A stretch of DNA of 64,000 nt from Octopus sinensis (GCF_006345805.1 NC_042998.1:122326001-122390000), one strand, 5' to 3'; numbered from the stretch's first letter, positions 27,671 to 41,476 are shown. Numbers and translations are program-made. The notes: generated by a model not told the origin, from the letters alone.

Positions 27671-27972
27671 CTCCTCCCTACTCAATTTTACATAGCAACA
27701 AACTACCAATCTGTTAGAAATATATTAATTACTGTGAATAATGTGTCTTGCAAGTATTTGCATATATAAATTCACGAATTATTGCCAATCGATATCTAAG
27801 CTTTGAGCGAAATAAATTTTTAATTTTCCAAAATATCTTACAGATGAAATATTTCAGAAATTGATATAAATAAAAGTTCTGGATGAAGTTTATGCTTTAT
27901 GAGTTTATTAACTGGGACCAGCATATTTAAAATATAAGTCAAATACTTTTATGTATTTATATAATTATTTAC

Positions 27973-28007
<35 letters not shown>

Positions 28008-28254
28008 TTCGCTTATGCATTTATTTTTAACATTCTAAAGAGGATATTTGTTTCAATTGTTTCTTCTCTTTGTGAATAAACTAGTAACGAGTGAATATAT
28101 ATTTTACTTGTTTTGTGATTGGTATAATTCTTTCTACATTCATATCTTTCTCTATAGCCATGTGCTTTCCATCTTAAACAAATCAAGTTTAAAAAAGAAT
28201 TCTTTCATGTGCATCTCAACTTCCTCTGCTATATCTTGGTGATAATCCTCATCA

Positions 28255-29490
28255 TGCAAGTAGGTGCTGAAAAGTTCCTGGCTTTGGGTAAAAGAAAATA
28301 CAGGATGATCAGTTAATTATGATTTTATGAAACATATTCCCCTCTCAAATTTATACACTTACTGCAGCAGTCCTTCAGTTTTTCTAAGCCCTGTAAAAAG
28401 AACTCAGATGGTTGGGCCTCTGTAGCAGTGATCACTTCTAAATTGGAGTGAAATGTCATCCCCTTGAGATATTTCTTCAAGTTGTAGAAAGAGGTGATAG
28501 TTGGAGGATGCCAAATCAGGAGAGTAAGGTGGATGGTCTATCAATCTGAAGCCAAAGTCCCATATATTCCATAAAGGTTCATGTGCTGTATGTGCTGGTG
28601 CATTGTTCTGCAAAAACAGGAACCACAGCTCAGGTTTCCATGGTGTTTCTGCTTCAAAGCTTCATGCAATTTGTCCAACAAATACATGTAGTATTCTGCA
28701 TTGATGGTGTGACCTTTTGGCATGTACTTTATGAGAAGTACTCTCTCTTTGTTCCAGGGGTATTCCAGCTGATATGCAGTGAACTCCATTAATTGCTGCT
28801 TTGTCTGAGGATCATAATGATGAAGCCAAGTTTTATTTATGATGACTAAATGAGCCATAAAATCAGCTTTTCCCGCAACAAACTGGTCCAAAATTACCTT
28901 TGATATTGTCACTCTGATGTGCTTCTGATCTGCATTCAGGCATTTCAGCACCCATCTTACAGAAAACTTTCTTGTGTCCAGAATGTTGTGAAGGATGTGG
29001 CAAACTCTTTTGTAACAAATCCCCAGAGTCTCAGCTATGACTTCAGCTGAAATTTTGGGTAGCCCTCGAGAATTATGATGTGCACAGCATTGGCTTTGTT
29101 CTCTGTGGTTGTAGAAGTTAGCTGTCCTGATTGGGGTTCATCTGTGACTTCGAAGTGACCAATCTGAAACCTTGACACCCAGATTTTCACTGTGCAATAA
29201 GATGGGCAGCCATCCTTCAAGACTTCCTCATCTCGCCATGGATTTCTGCCACTCCTTTGTCTTGCAAAAAGAGGAACTTTATGAACAACCATGCTTCAGT
29301 TTTACCAAAATCCACTGTAGGAGGAAACTGTCATGCATTAAATCTGCAAAAAAAAGAAAAAGATATATTGTATATCATCATAATTTTTGGCATATCTTCT
29401 AAATACTTGTCCTACCTCCCTTGTAAAGGTAACAGCTCTACTCTTTCATGTTAGCCTTAAAGTCAGGAACTTTTCATGTATCCCACTGTA
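28255..29490 (-). mobile_element. Mariner transposon (second family), near full length, decayed
   Basis: QNNAPAH, HPPYSPDLASSNYHLF, KTWLHHYDPQTKQQ, TVKIWVSRFQ...DEPQSG; inverted ends tgaaaagttcctggcttt / aaagtcaggaacttttca. Confidence 0.9.
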
Positions 29491-30021
29491 TGTACATTGC
29501 TGCACTAAACTAAAAAGGTTTTCATCAACGAGGGTGATGTCATGTAAGTTAAACAATTATCTAACATACTCATCATCTATTCTAGACATTTTCAGGTTTA
29601 AACAAAGTTGTGTGCTCAATTGATTCTAATTTAAAAAAAAATTTAATATCAGGTATGGCACTATGACAGAGAACAAGGAAAGTTCTTTTCATTAAGTGAT
29701 GTTTAGATAAAGAACAAGAGTTAAGATAACTTCATAAAGTTTGATGATTAAGTGAGTTAAGCCTTTGAAGGATATTCATCCCAATTTGAAGCAGGCAGGA
29801 AATTACCAAACAAGGAATGTAATTCTCATTGTGCAAATATATCCTCAATATTTCATAATGAGGATACATAACTATGCTTTTCTTCTGTTGCCTTACAGAG
29901 AGAGATTATGTAAATGAGAGAGAGTCTGTGTGCATTTGTTGTGTATGTTAATATGCACTAGACTCATTGATAAGGCAGAGAAAGAGAGAGAGAAAAAGAA
30001 AAAGGAAGGGATAAGGATAGG

Positions 30022-30023
<2 letters not shown>

Positions 30024-30065
<42 letters not shown>

Positions 30066-30104
30066 TGTGTGTGTGTGTATGTTTGGGTGTGTATGTGTGT
30101 GTGT
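30024..30104. repeat. (TG)n microsatellite
   Basis: Visible directly. Confidence 0.95.
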
Positions 30105-30190
30105 ATTGATATATATCAAACTAGGAGAGTAGACAGTGGTTGGGATAACCCCAGCTCTGATTAATTTCCAAAAGTAACTTCCTTACTTAC

Positions 30191-30258
30191 TGTAAGATGG
30201 GTTCCAGAGAAGAGGTTTCTGAGAAATTGCTGAGTGATGTTGATTGGCCAGTTAAAAC
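30191..30258 (-). other. Candidate 68-nt internal exon
   Basis: Minus strand: CTAAC branch-like motif, ctcactccacAG acceptor, GTAAGT donor; two frames are open (FNWPINITQQFLRNLFSGTHLT or VLTGQSTSLSNFSETSSLEPIL); no homology recognised. Confidence 0.3.
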
Positions 30259-30714
30259 CTGTGGAGTGAGTGAAGCTGGCTTTGTTAGACCAGTTCATTG
30301 TTTGGTGCAAATTTGTATTTGTAATAGATTTGACCAATATTTTAACCGTAGCTGTAATTGAAGGTTAGTAGAATTGCACTTAACAGATGGGTCATGACTG
30401 ATGATGCTGATTGAATTAATGTAGTTGTTGCTAAACTGTGTGCTTTGATACAGTGATGTGCCACAAGAAGTAGTTAGGCATGTTGAGTGAGGAGTGTGTA
30501 ATATATTTCAAAAATGAAGAAAATAAGGACTGAAATTTGTTAATTTAGATCACATATTAGTGCTAATAGCAACATTTAATCTAAACATAGAAATGTTGTG
30601 GCTGTTATTAAATTTTGAATGATAAGCTGCTTAAGGAGAGAAGTTAAATCTACATTAAATGTATCATAATTGACATCTTGTAATTGCATTCAAGGCATAT
30701 TTTTCTTACAAATA

Positions 30715-31045
30715 TAGTCATACCTCAACTTACATCATTTTAAGTTTTGACTTTATATTCTTTTCTTTTTATGAAATTAATGGAAAAATAAACTTCGACT
30801 GAAGTCGATTTATTCAACTTTGTCAGTATTAGTGAACATATTCTAAAGCATAGAAATTTTTTAAAAACCCACTTAAAAACCAATACTGAAGTGGAAAAAT
30901 CAAATAAAATACATGCGAAAATATGTACAAACCATTTATTAAAAGAAATATAGGCTAATAAATTTTTTTTAATGTTTTTTTTTTGTTGGTTTTCAAGTCA
31001 AGTAAGTCTTCGAACCAATTACCAATGTAAGTTGAGATATACCTG
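30715..31045. mobile_element. Tigger/pogo-like MITE
   Basis: Inverted ends tagtcatacctcaacttaca / tgtaagttgagatatacctg with TA on both flanks. Confidence 0.7.
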
Positions 31046-31519
31046 TATACATTAGATTTTTTTCTCTTTTATACATTATGGCTTTATGCCATGTTAATAT
31101 TTACAAATGCATCTTTTGAATATAGTTTCTGAATTTATGTACAAAGTGTGACTCAATATTTATATTTGTTTTTAAGTGTGTTACAAGTAAAAAAATATTT
31201 GGGGAAACTCTAAGTTAATGTATGTCATCATCATTATCGTCATTATCACTTTAATGTCTGCTTTTTCATGACCACATGGTTTAGATGAAATTCTGTAGGC
31301 AGATCTTTTATAGCCTGATACCCTTTCATGTTGTCAACCCTCATTCGTTTCCAAGTAAAGTACTATTTCCCCATGACCAGAAATGCTTCTGCAGAAGATT
31401 GAAAATGAAGAACACTACTTGTATGGTGGTGACACATGTTTTACAGCTATCTAGTAATATCAATACAAAGAAATGCAACCCCCCACCACACACACACACA
31501 CACACACATATTTGTATGA

Positions 31520-31961
31520 GCACCTGGAGCATTAAGAGCACCATCCGAGTGTGATCATTGCCAGAGCGGCTAACTGGCTTCTGTGCCGGTGGCACGTAAA
31601 AAGCACCATTCAAGCGTGATTGTTACCAGCGTTGCCTTACTGGTACCTGTACCAGTGGCATGTAAAAAAACATTCGAGTGAGGTCGTTGCCAGTGCTGCT
31701 GGACTGGCTGCTGTGCAGGTGGCACGTAAAAGACACCATTTGAGTGTGGCCATTGCCAGTACCGCCTGACTGGCCCTCCTGCTGGTGTCACGTAAAAGCA
31801 CCCACTACACTCTCGGAGTGGTTGGCGTTAGGAAGGGCATCCAGCTGTAGAAACTCTGCCAGATCAAGATTGGAGCCTGGTGCAGCCATCTGGTTTGCCA
31901 GTCCTCAGTCAAATCATCCAACCCATGCTAGCATGGAAAGCAGACGTTAAACGATGATGAT
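31520..31961 (+). mobile_element. RTE-LINE 3' UTR fragment with hairpin repeats
   Basis: About five units ending gtggcacgtaaaaagcacc; terminus ...gcatggaaagcagacgttaaac(gat)n. Confidence 0.85.
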
Positions 31962-31966
31962 GTATG

Positions 31967-32051
<85 letters not shown>

Positions 32052-33349
32052 ATATGTATGTGTGTATAGTGAATTACTAATTAAAAGCTGCTCTAGTAAT
32101 GTAAACATTATTGATCACACATACATAGTGTATGTTTTGTTTATGCAAAAAATCTTTGAATGTGAGATGTTTTCTAAGATTTTGTAAGAACCAATCAAGT
32201 TTCAGTGTTTCGATAACTAACCTTACTTCAATGTATTTACATATATTTTTGCTTTGATATTGTCATGCTACTTCCCTTCAATTGTTTTTGGTCATTGGCT
32301 GTATCAGAGCAGTGAGGCTGAAAATGACCACTTTCCTGTTGTGTAGATATAGCTGTTATTGATGACCACTCTCAGACAGTCAACTTGTCACACTGCAACT
32401 ATTACTTGTCATACTGCTACTATTACTTCATTTAATCTAATTTTTTGTTAGAATTTTGCTGTTTTAAATATCATTGGTTTGCTACTTTTTATGCAACCAT
32501 AGTCTACATGGGAACATTGCTGAACTTCTTATGAGTTAGAAAGAAGTTAGAGGATACCATTTATAATTGCCTTCTTATATATCTCCATGTCACTGAACAG
32601 TCTCCTATCAGCTTCTCTTCTTGCAAAGTACAATTATCAGGCATCAGACTTGTGTAGCATGTGGTGATTCTGTTTTAGTAAATTTAGTAGATTTTTACCT
32701 TGTACTGTCTTTGGAATCTAGAGATGTTACATTCTTTTCAAATACAAAGTTATATGTTATGACTATCACTGCACATGCGTTAAAGGTATTGATAGTATTC
32801 TTTGTTGATTTTAAACATCTTTTGACTGGCATAATATTCAGTTTTCCATGTTATTCATGTAACTTTCATAAACAATTTTACTCTCATCTATATCCAATTA
32901 TTTGTAGAAAGCAAAATTGTCCAACTTATTTTCACTCTTCTCTAGAGCCTCAAATCATCTACTCGACTGGTCATTAAACCTCATTTTGTTGTCATTTTCT
33001 TGCATTTTCCCAGGCAAAAGTATACACCCTATTGTTCTTGCTAAGCTGCTTGAAAATACTGAGCAAACTCTCAAGCTGGAGACTATTCACAGCGTATGGT
33101 TTTAGATCAACCTTGAAGAGGAGACAGTGGATGAACCTTGTCTATCATTTCCCTTTGTAATATCTCAAATTGCATTTTTTATTCATCAAAATATAGGTAA
33201 CATAGAATGAAATGATGATAAAGTATTGTCCCTTTGAACTAGCTTGTGAGTCAAGAGCTTACTCTAATAGCCTTTATGTTGACCAGAAGAAATACCTGCC
33301 AGTTCTCATTTTTATAAAGTTCAACATGATATCCTTAAATTGATGTTGT

Positions 33350-35620
33350 GATACGTTGAGAGGCCAGCTATGTGAGTTTAACGAAAAGGCTATAGTTGAT
33401 ATTATTACTATTATCAATTTTCAGCCCATAACTCTGCAAACCAAAGATTTAAAGACTTTGGCCAGAATCTTTGCAAACAGGTTGGCACTTACTGTTGCTG
33501 GTCTGATTGGTGATGTGTAAACATGCACTATCCTGAATAGATTCATCCCTGACAACTTCCACCACATGTGATGCATCATATATAGGTGGCACCAATACTT
33601 GACAGCTGTTTTTACAGTGGCTGGTTTTAGTCTTGGTTTCAGGGGCTAGAGAATGTTGATGAAGAGGGACATCTACTTAGTAGTTAGGGAGAATGGTGCT
33701 CTGTCAGAATCACTCAGTATTATGAACTCAGTGCACCAAAGTTGCTCCCTCTTATCACTTCCCTATGTACTGACTATTGAGCCACTACTATGAGGAGTAG
33801 AGACACTAAGGGGCATGCTGTGTAAATTAGAATGCAGAAAATCTGTATTAACAATGAAATGGTTGGCTCTATTCTATGGCACTACAAGGTGTTACAAGAG
33901 CCAAAATCAATCTAGCTCAGCAATTGGAGAGGCAGTTCCATGCTGTCCTACAGTGGTGTGAGACAGATATTGGAGAGATGAACTAGCTAAATTGCTTGGG
34001 GTCTGTTTGTTCTAGATCTGCATGTTATGAAGAACTGAGATGAGGAGATGAGATGAGCAGGGTGACCAATCTCATCCAAAAATGTGCTGAGAGAAGGTTA
34101 TCTCTGAAAGGTCAGGTAGAGGTGGTAAACATTCATGTCACCTCAACCATCTATTACCATCTGAACATTGTGCCTTGCTCCAGTTAATAGCTGACCAGAC
34201 TGGGGTGTCTCCTCATCTGTTTTTTGTGGAAGACATGTGTTCCACTGGTCTGATGCTCCATCTGCTGTCAACATTTGCCAAGTGGAAGACTAGGTATGGT
34301 GTAGCAGATGATATGCAAGCCTGTGCTAAAGTTGCAACATCCCCAGCAATTCCTTGGCAGAGAACAGGTGTGATTGCTGTTTGTTAGATGCATTTTCCTA
34401 CATCTCATTTCTTTGACAGAGCTACATTACTGGGTCAAGCAAAGGCTGAGACAGTGTGTTTGGCATCTGGAATGTTGTCAATTGCTTACAACTCACTACC
34501 AGTTGGGAAATGCTAGGTGAAAGTGCTACATTGGCATTCTATAGAAGATTAGCAGTGGGCAAAAGTGACAATGCTCTCAAGGAATCTATGGGTGCCATAA
34601 AAATTGATTACAGGTAAGTTCACCACCATTAATTCACCACTAGGAAGTACACCAGTATCAATTCACTGCAAAGAAAGTTCACCATTAGTAAAGTTCATTG
34701 TGAGGAAAATTTACCGAGAAAATATATCCATAGTATCTCACCATTAATAGTTAAAAACTATTTTATTGAAAAAAAGAATGGTTAAGTGATGATGGTGAAA
34801 TTTTCCTGTGAATAATTGCTAATGGTGAACTTTCCATGCGGTAAATTGATGACAGTAAACTTACCAGACATGATGAAAATCAACTGGTTGATCTAATATA
34901 GACGACTTTTGGGCTTGAGTTTATGGATAATCTCCACAAATCCCAGGCCTGGCAATGATATCAGGAGGCATTGCTAGTTTAAGATAAATTCTACAGGCAC
35001 AGAAGGGCCATCAGCCAGGCCTGTCTGAGATGTGTGCTCAGCGATAAAACTACTCTGCATGTATTCATCCAGTACCCAAGCATTGCTGAATTGTGGAGTT
35101 ATGTTAGACAGCTGAATAGGACAGATATGACTCTCAGCTGCTGTCTTTTTTAGCCATGTAAGGTGATAGGTCTTTACCTCTTTGGTGAGAAAGGTTGTAT
35201 TGTGGACAAGATTGAAAGAGTTGAGGAAAAAGCGCTTTCCTCTTTTTCAAGTTCTATTTGAAAAGGAAAGTGAAAATGGAGAGGGAAGTGATACTGTCTA
35301 GCATATTTGTTGAAAGGTGCATGAGAGCGGCAAGAGTGATCCAAGAAAGAGGCCTGCTTCAAGTATGTACCTGTTGAGTGAGGGAAGGGGATAAAGAGAT
35401 GGCACACACCTTAATGGTTAGGATGACAGTGGTTTTGTAGGGTTTCTATGAGCATCCCTTGGGGAATTTTCTTGTTTGGAATTTTGCTTCTTTATTTTTT
35501 GTTATTTTATTGTGTAAACACCTTCATGTAACTCCACATTATATCACATCATATGATATTGTATTGTATCATTCAGTACTGACCTCAGTGTATTTGTAAA
35601 CCCTTACTAGTTAATAAAGA
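33350..35620 (+). mobile_element. Tx1/L1-clade LINE, old and degenerate
   Basis: NFQPITLQTKDLKTLARIFANRL...LIGD.TC...DNFH, a HQ.C/YVLTIEPLL RT motif and a C-terminal CLRC..H zinc-knuckle remnant; aataaa near the end. Confidence 0.7.
34611..34868. mobile_element. MITE with repetitive subterminal inverted arms, nested in the Tx1 LINE
   Basis: caggtaagttcaccaccattaattcacc vs ggtaaattgatgacagtaaacttaccag; aaagttcaccattag vs ctaatggtgaacttt. Confidence 0.7.
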
Positions 35621-35621
35621 A

Positions 35622-35654
<33 letters not shown>

Positions 35655-36782
35655 TTGATGATGTTGCTGAAGTATGCAAACTTTCCATGACAGCTCCCTG
35701 AAATTGGATTTTACTGATTTATTTGAAGAAAGAAAAATATATTTTTGTTTCATTTTGTAAACAAAGAAGTTCGGAATGTTTGGACGTCTACTCCATTACT
35801 CAGATGAGGCTTTATTTTAGGTATCTATTTTATGAAAATGCAATTGTTGTTTACTACTAATCTAACATGACTTCTTCTGGGGGGCGTATGAAGAGTTGCG
35901 AACAACTAGCAAAGTAACATTGATTGTACACCACCCCAAGGATAAATTGAAACGAATAACACAGAGTTAAAAAAATTCAATAGAACAGGAAAAAAAAAAC
36001 AGAATACAGTTGAACAAGTCTAAACAGATAACATTTACATTCTAATAAATAAAAAAGAAATTAACAACTATTCAAGTAATCCTAACAGTAAGTACTGTTA
36101 GGATTATTAATAGTAGTTGTCTTAACAAGCGGAAAGTATTTAGTATAGGTTGACTCCTGAGAAGAGAAAAACATGAGTGAGATGTGTTATAAGGACAGTG
36201 TGCCTTTGTTCATGGAATATTCCAAGAAACAAAGAAGCTGGAGAGTAACATATATTCTTATTTTCCCCAAATAATAAGGACTTCCATATGAATCACAAAG
36301 TAACTGTTGATTGAAACCATAACTGTTGGAATACTCATTGCATCATACATTAACTAGGATTTTTTCCCCTTTCCAACAGTTCCTATATATGAAATTGGGT
36401 GTCCAGTCTAAAAGACAGAAGATGTGATGAGGCAGTCATTAGAGCAGGCGTGTAAGACATTTCTTCCCCCCAGGCTGGAGTTGCAAAATATTGTATGTTC
36501 GTGTGTGTGAATGGGTTATGGCCAAGGACATTGATAATGATGCTGGTCTCTGATCTGTTGTATGAGCAGGTGGAGAACACAAGATGTGATACAAAATAAT
36601 GTGTGGCAGGTAGGGTGGAGAGGGGAGGGAAGGGGTTTGTATGGAATTGCATTGTCCAATGAGTCCTGAAACTACAAAACTATCCTTGAGTTCCACCTGT
36701 TGTTTAGGGTAGAGAAGAAAGCAATGTTAGATATGTAAGAACTATTAAAGAGCTCTCTGCCCAGAGGTAATGGATATACGCT

Positions 36783-37178
36783 TTTACGCTTTTACTTGTT
36801 TTAGTCATTTGACTGCAGCTATGCTGGAGCACCGCCTTTAATCAAGCAAATCGACCCTGAGACTTATTCTTTTGTAAGCCCAGTACTTCTATCGATCTCT
36901 TTTGCTGAATCACTAAGTAACGAGGACATAAACACACCAGCATCGGTTGTCAAGCAATGCTAGGGGGACAAACACAGACACACAAACACACACACGCATA
37001 TGTATACATATATACGATGGGCTTCTTTCAGTTTCCGTCTATAAAATCCACTCACAAGGCTTTGGTCGGCCTGAGGCTATAGTAGAAGACACTTTCCCAA
37101 GGTGCCATGCAGTGGGACTGAACCCGGAACCATGTGGTTGGTAAACAAGCTACTTACCACACAGCCACTCCTGTGCCT
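36783..37178 (-). mobile_element. SINE family A, full length
   Basis: Highly similar to the 18255 and 57486 copies. Confidence 0.92.
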
Positions 37179-37734
37179 ATATATTGAAGAATACAACCTC
37201 AGAAACAATATCAAGGAGTAGACCCTTGGAACTGTTGTTTCCAAACTACTTCCAAACTCAGTTTTGAGAAGAGAAAGGGTAAAAAAAGAAAGCACCTTGT
37301 TTTCAGTGCCAAAACTTGATGACCTGGAAGCTGGGGGGAGGGGTTTTCTCTCCCAGCATATCACATCCTTTTGTAGGAAGAGGATGGGGAGCAAATGGAG
37401 GTTGAAGAGGCGAGGCAAAATATTTTGGAAGGCAAAAAGAGTAAAAAGACACAAAATCAAAAAAATAACCTAAACTGAAGGAGTGCAAGATATACGAACA
37501 GGAAGCTCTATCTTTGGAATGGCATTAGATTCCTGTTTACTTGATGTTTTGATGAGATTCTGATGAACTGCCTAATGAACTGCCTGAAGACAAAAAAGAT
37601 GATGCAGCGATTAAGGGGAAAATAAAACTAGATTTCAAAAGTCATTCAGATAATAGGTAATTGTTTTATTTATTTGTGTATTTTATCTTAATTTTTATAA
37701 TGCCTTAACATATTGAATAATGTTTAATCTCACT

Positions 37735-37811
37735 CTTATATATATATATATAAGAGTGGGATTAAATATATATATATATATAAAAATATATATACATCTA
37801 TATCTAAATGC

Positions 37812-37842
<31 letters not shown>

Positions 37843-37850
37843 GAAGTGGG

Positions 37851-37889
<39 letters not shown>

Positions 37890-37980
37890 CACTATATATA
37901 TACATCCTCACATTTCCTGTAACTCCTTTGTAACACGTTTGTGTGAATGGATGAGCTCCTATGGCAAATAAACGAAAAGG

Positions 37981-38037
<57 letters not shown>
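37735..38037. repeat. (TA)n and (ACT)n microsatellites
   Basis: Visible directly. Confidence 0.9.
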
Positions 38038-38689
38038 GTTTAGTACTTAGTTCAGCTTTAATTATTATTGTGAATCTATAAGATTCCTTCTCAACTTTTT
38101 CTTTCATTTGTTTGTGTTGTATTTGTCTAGTTCATTAATTCTTAAGTATTTGTAAGTTCGTCTTTGGTCTAATTCTCTAATCTTCATTTCTTTATCCAAC
38201 ATGAAAATGCCGGCTTTTATTAGCTTTTCTTCTCTTCAAAGTGGACTTGGTTTATATTCTAAACAGAATTTCATTCCAATTCCTCAACTGAATCTGTGCA
38301 CAATATGTGGTAAAATTTCCATTTGTTTATCAGCGGTATACAGCTTGAAATCATCTACATACTAGAGATGGCAGCCTGTTGTTTAATATCCTTATTCAAC
38401 CTAATTTAGAATATTGGAGGCAGCTAGGACTCTCAATAATAAAGTTGTCAGTTCAATTCTTGGTCAAGAAGGCATGTTATGCTCTTGGGCAAAGCACTTT
38501 AGTTCAGAACATTCAATAAGGAAAACTAAGTACCAAGGCTGAGAGAGCCTCCTAGTCAGTGTCAAGTTAGTGTGGCAATGCTGCAGAGAGATATTTCCAG
38601 CAGTGGACATATGTTTACCCATTACCCATTTTTTTTTACCCTTGGGTCATGTTTTCAGAATTTATGGAGAACTTTTAGCCAAATGTATT

Positions 38690-39045
38690 GACTTATTTTC
38701 CAAAAGCCTGGTACTTATTCTATCAGTCGCTTTTGCTAAACTGCTAAGTCAAGGGGATGTAAACATACCAGCACCAGTTGACAAGCAGTGGTGGTGAGAC
38801 AAACACAGACTCAAAGACATACATACATACATACATACATACATACATACATACATACATGTATATATAGGTATAGATACACACACACACATAAATATAT
38901 AAAAAGGGCTTCTTTCAGCTTCCATCTACTATAGCCACTCACAAGACTTTGGTTGGACTGAGGCTACAGTAGAAGATATTTGCTCAAGGTGCCATGCAGT
39001 AGGACTGAACCCAGAGCCATGTAGTTGGGAAGCAAGCTTCAACCA
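38690..39045 (-). mobile_element. SINE family A (3'-eroded)
   Basis: Shared body and head motifs; internal (TACA)n. Confidence 0.8.
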
Positions 39046-39554
39046 AAAACTTTTCTAGGCAGTGCCCCTGCATGCTTGCAGTCTAATGATTGAAACAAAT
39101 AGAAGATAAATGATAAGAGATAACCTTTTCACAATAATCTAAACTTTTTATCACATATTTACACTGTGCAATAAAACTGAATTCTCTGGGTCATATGTAC
39201 AATGTTTTATTTTGTTTTTGTACCTTTCTTTTGTATTGACTCTAATGATTATTATATCTGTTTAGTGCCTATTAAGGCAATACTCTTTTTGCTGTGTCTC
39301 TGTCTAAGTTTTGGGGGTTTGGTCACTAATATGTCTTTTATTATCATTCTCTAAGTACTAATGACTATGTGCGAGCTACTCAGAAAATGTAGCAGGATTC
39401 AAGCTTTGTTCAACACTGAGAATGGTTCATGAGTACTCTCAGGAGTTTTGGGTTCCTAATATCAGAAGTGAAGGGTAAATCAATGTAACAAGGTATCCTG
39501 AATCAACCTAGGTCGCAGCTTCTCACTTGTATGTGGGTGTGCTACCTGTATTTG

Positions 39555-39910
39555 TGGAGGCAATGACAAGTGACCAAGACCTTTGGCAATATGCTGTGCT
39601 TGAGAAGACCCATCAAGCCAAGTGAAATAGTCATAGCCATTACAAATGTCATGTATATGGTACCTGTGAAATCGTAGCTGTGGTCACTGCTGGTGTCATG
39701 TAAATGGCACTCATGTCAGTGGCATGTAAAAAGCACCCATTACTCTCTCAGAATGGTTGGCATTAGGAAGGGTATCCAGTTGTAGAAACCATGCCAAATC
39801 AGAATGAAACCTGGTGCAGCTCTCCTGCTTACCAGTTCCAGTCAAACTGTCTTACCCATACCAGCATGGAGAGAAGATGTTAAATGAGGAGGATGATGAT
39901 GATGATGATG
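39555..39910 (+). mobile_element. RTE-LINE 3' fragment
   Basis: EAMTSDQDLWQYAVLEKT followed by the UTR and a (GAT)n tail. Confidence 0.8.
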
Positions 39911-39937
39911 TATTTCTATTTCTATTTCATAGGGAAG

Positions 39938-40277
39938 ATACATGGCTCAGTGGTTAGAGCATTGGGCTGACAATAACAAGGTAGTGAGTTTAATTCCTGG
40001 ACAAGGCTGTGTGTTGTGTTCTTGTACAAGATATTTTATTTCATGTTGCTCCAGTTCACTCAGCTACAGAAGTGAGTTGTGACATCACTGTTGCCAAGCT
40101 GTATTGGCTTTTGCCTTTCCCTTGGGTAACATCAGTGGCGTGAAGAGGGGAGGCTGGTATCCATGGGCAACTGCTGGTCTTCCAAAAACAACCTTGCCTG
40201 GAATTGTGCTTCAGTGGAGAACTTTCTATATGCAGTCCCATGGTCATTCATGATCAAAGGGGTCTTTACCCTTACCA
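39938..40277 (+). mobile_element. tRNA-derived SINE family D
   Basis: A-box TGGCTCAGTGG, B-box-like GTTTAATTCC; body shared with 10118. Confidence 0.8.
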
Positions 40278-40494
40278 TTTTTTATATATTTCATATGAGT
40301 ATATATTTACAAGTTTATTGTATTTAATTTTTTATCATATTATATTGTATACTATTTCAGCTCCACCTCTTGTTTTCATATAACTACATAGGCGAATATT
40401 TCCACGTATCTTGTAACCTATTTTAAACATGTTTTTGTATTAAATGAATGGGTCCTGGTGACCCAAAACGTAAACAGATAACAGTAACAAGTAC

Positions 40495-40615
40495 AATAAC
40501 AATGATAATGATGATGATGATGATGATGATAATAATAATAATAAAAATAATAATGATAATAAAGGTGTCGTGAAGACGACTTGGCAACAAATGGAAACAA
40601 AATTGAAAGAAGAGG

Positions 40616-40663
<48 letters not shown>

Positions 40664-40760
40664 GCATTCACTGCTCTCTCACTCAATAATAATAATAATG
40701 ATGATGATGATGATAATAATAATGATAATAATAACAAAAACAACAATAATAATAATAAAA
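40495..40760. repeat. (AAT)/(GAT) array with short element-tail inserts
   Basis: Visible; contains the atggcattcactgctctctcactcaataat tail also seen at ~47770. Confidence 0.8.
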
Positions 40761-41174
40761 CATCATTTTAACACTTATTTTTTTATGCTTGCATGGCCAG
40801 ATGAGAATATGCTGAGGCAGAGTTTTTTATGGGTTGATGCTTTTCCTGTAGCCAACACCTCACTTGTTTCCAACTGAGGTAATAATCTTTGTATCTACCA
40901 AACAACAAACAGTTTGGACATGTTTATGTGGAGAACTAGAAATAAATTATACTAGAAGATCAAGCATTTTGTCTGCAAAAACTGTGCAACATGTAAAGAT
41001 ATGTCAAGAAGCTTGGATGTGCTTTTGTGGTGGACTCTATGCAAGTAACACCGTTTGTGAAGCCATTACTTACACTCAATGAGTGGTCACATATAAACAA
41101 AGAAATATGAACACAAGCAAACACACACACTCACACACGCGCATGTGCGCACACACACATACATATATGAGAAA

Positions 41175-41308
41175 TTTCTCTTGATTTCTGTCCATCAAAC
41201 CCATTCACAAGGCTTTGGTTGGCCTGAGGTTTTAGAAGACACTTGTCCAAAGTACTCAAAATCTTGTGGTTGGGAAGCAAACATCTTAACCACACAGCTT
41301 TGCCTACC
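41175..41308 (-). mobile_element. SINE family A head fragment
   Basis: cattcacaaggctttggttggcctgagg...cttaaccacacagc. Confidence 0.7.
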
Positions 41309-41376
41309 TTTAATGTCTGTGCCAAATCATCATTATCACAATGATAATAATAATAATAATAATAATATTAGTAGTA

Positions 41377-41413
<37 letters not shown>

Positions 41414-41433
41414 TGATGATGATGATGATGATG

Positions 41434-41476
<43 letters not shown>

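Noticed and set aside
30372-30395. miR-92-like seed AATTGCACTT
   Set aside because: The rest of the mature sequence does not match and no precursor hairpin is evident
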